Below, piece by piece: positions 63,519 to 64,000 of a DNA stretch of 64,000 bases (positions are counted from its first letter, which is position 1; each line of letters opens with the position of its first letter). The notes under the pieces are model-generated. The model did no database searches and had not been told where the DNA came from. It saw only the letters and a list, made by a program, of their open reading frames with translations. Both the position numbers and the translations under genes were made by a program. The stretch comes from Candidatus Sysuiplasma superficiale (lineage in GTDB: Archaea > Thermoplasmatota > Thermoplasmata > Sysuiplasmatales > Sysuiplasmataceae): positions 4,065 through 68,064 of the forward strand of contig JAGVSJ010000009.1 of the NCBI GenBank assembly GCA_019720975.1, given 5' to 3'.

Positions 63519-64000
63519 ATGACAAAGGGTGAGAAAAGGCTTCAGGAAGCATACATTGTATCTGCTGTGAGGACGCCAGTTGGCAGGTTCGGCGGAGCAT
63601 ACCGGAACGTGTCTGCAGTTCAGCTTGGTAAGATAGCTGTAAGGGAAGCTATAGCGAAGGCAGGCCTCAGCGGTCGCGATGTGGATGAGGTTATACTTGG
63701 GAACGTTCTCCCCGCAGGTCTGGGCCAGTCCCCCGCAAGACAGTGTGCTGTCGATGCCGGCGTGCCTTACTCTTCAGGCTCTTTCTCAGTCAACAAAGTA
63801 TGCGGTTCAGGCCTAAAGGCGATCATGCTTGCAGCCAATTCCATCCGCGTTGGAGAGAATAGCGTGATAGTTGCCGGCGGCATTGAGAATATGAGCATGT
63901 CACCCTATATATCCGGAACATCAAGATGGGGAAGCAAATACGGTAACGTGGAGTTGACAGATTCAATGATAAAGGATGGGCTGTGGGATGTCTACAACAA
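63519..64000 (+). CDS. acetyl-CoA C-acetyltransferase (thiolase), N-terminal part, continues past window end
   Basis: My own translation from ATG 63519 gives MTKGEKRLQEAYIVSAVRTPVGRFGGAY...VNKVCGSGLKAIMLAA..., with the thiolase active-site Cys motif. It is not in the ORF track because no stop is reached. Confidence 0.9.
   Translation, partial: MTKGEKRLQEAYIVSAVRTPVGRFGGAYRNVSAVQLGKIAVREAIAKAGLSGRDVDEVILGNVLPAGLGQSPARQCAVDAGVPYSSGSFSVNKVCGSGLKAIMLAANSIRVGENSVIVAGGIENMSMSPYISGTSRWGSKYGNVELTDSMIKDGLWDVYN

Overview
This is a dense archaeal chromosomal segment of about 70 genes. Gene content (PriS, Orc1/Cdc6, ribosomal protein LX, prefoldin alpha, Dph2, TiaS, RNase P Rpp21, archaeal signal peptidase) points to a euryarchaeon, probably Thermoplasmata-like. 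That placement is inference only, since no database search was possible. I saw no transposase or integrase, no CRISPR array, no rRNA, and one tRNA (Gly-GCC). Housekeeping content: hemL, glnA, Rpp21, a YhbY-like gene, serS, folC, nth, valS, thyX, queD-queC-queE, dph2, ugd-galU-UDP-glucuronate decarboxylase, priS, LX-pfdA-ftsY, dCMP deaminase, signal peptidase, tiaS and a thiolase. An orc1/cdc6 gene sits next to an AT-rich origin flanked by a perfect 19-bp inverted pair of ORB-like boxes. Accessory content: glycosyltransferases, a GH31 hydrolase, a large heavily sequon-decorated surface protein, a CopZ-like metallochaperone, and several zinc-ribbon membrane proteins. The stand-out is a nine-gene minus-strand operon (43058 to 34631). 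A bacterial-type SUF Fe-S assembly set (sufC, sufU, sufB, sufD, Rieske, sufS, with a divergent SufR-like regulator) is interrupted by a ubiquitin-like sulfur-carrier module. That module has three parts: a CysM-type PLP enzyme, a MoaD/CysO-like beta-grasp domain with an internal di-glycine fused in-frame to its own MoeB/E1-rhodanese enzyme, and a JAMM/MPN+ metalloprotease as the terminal gene. Other notable points: two conserved genes (YhbY-like, Dph2) whose conserved N-termini lie upstream of any ATG/GTG/TTG; an M20D amidohydrolase split by a 1-nt frameshift in a homopolymer; and a ValRS whose KMSKS loop reads PMHTH.
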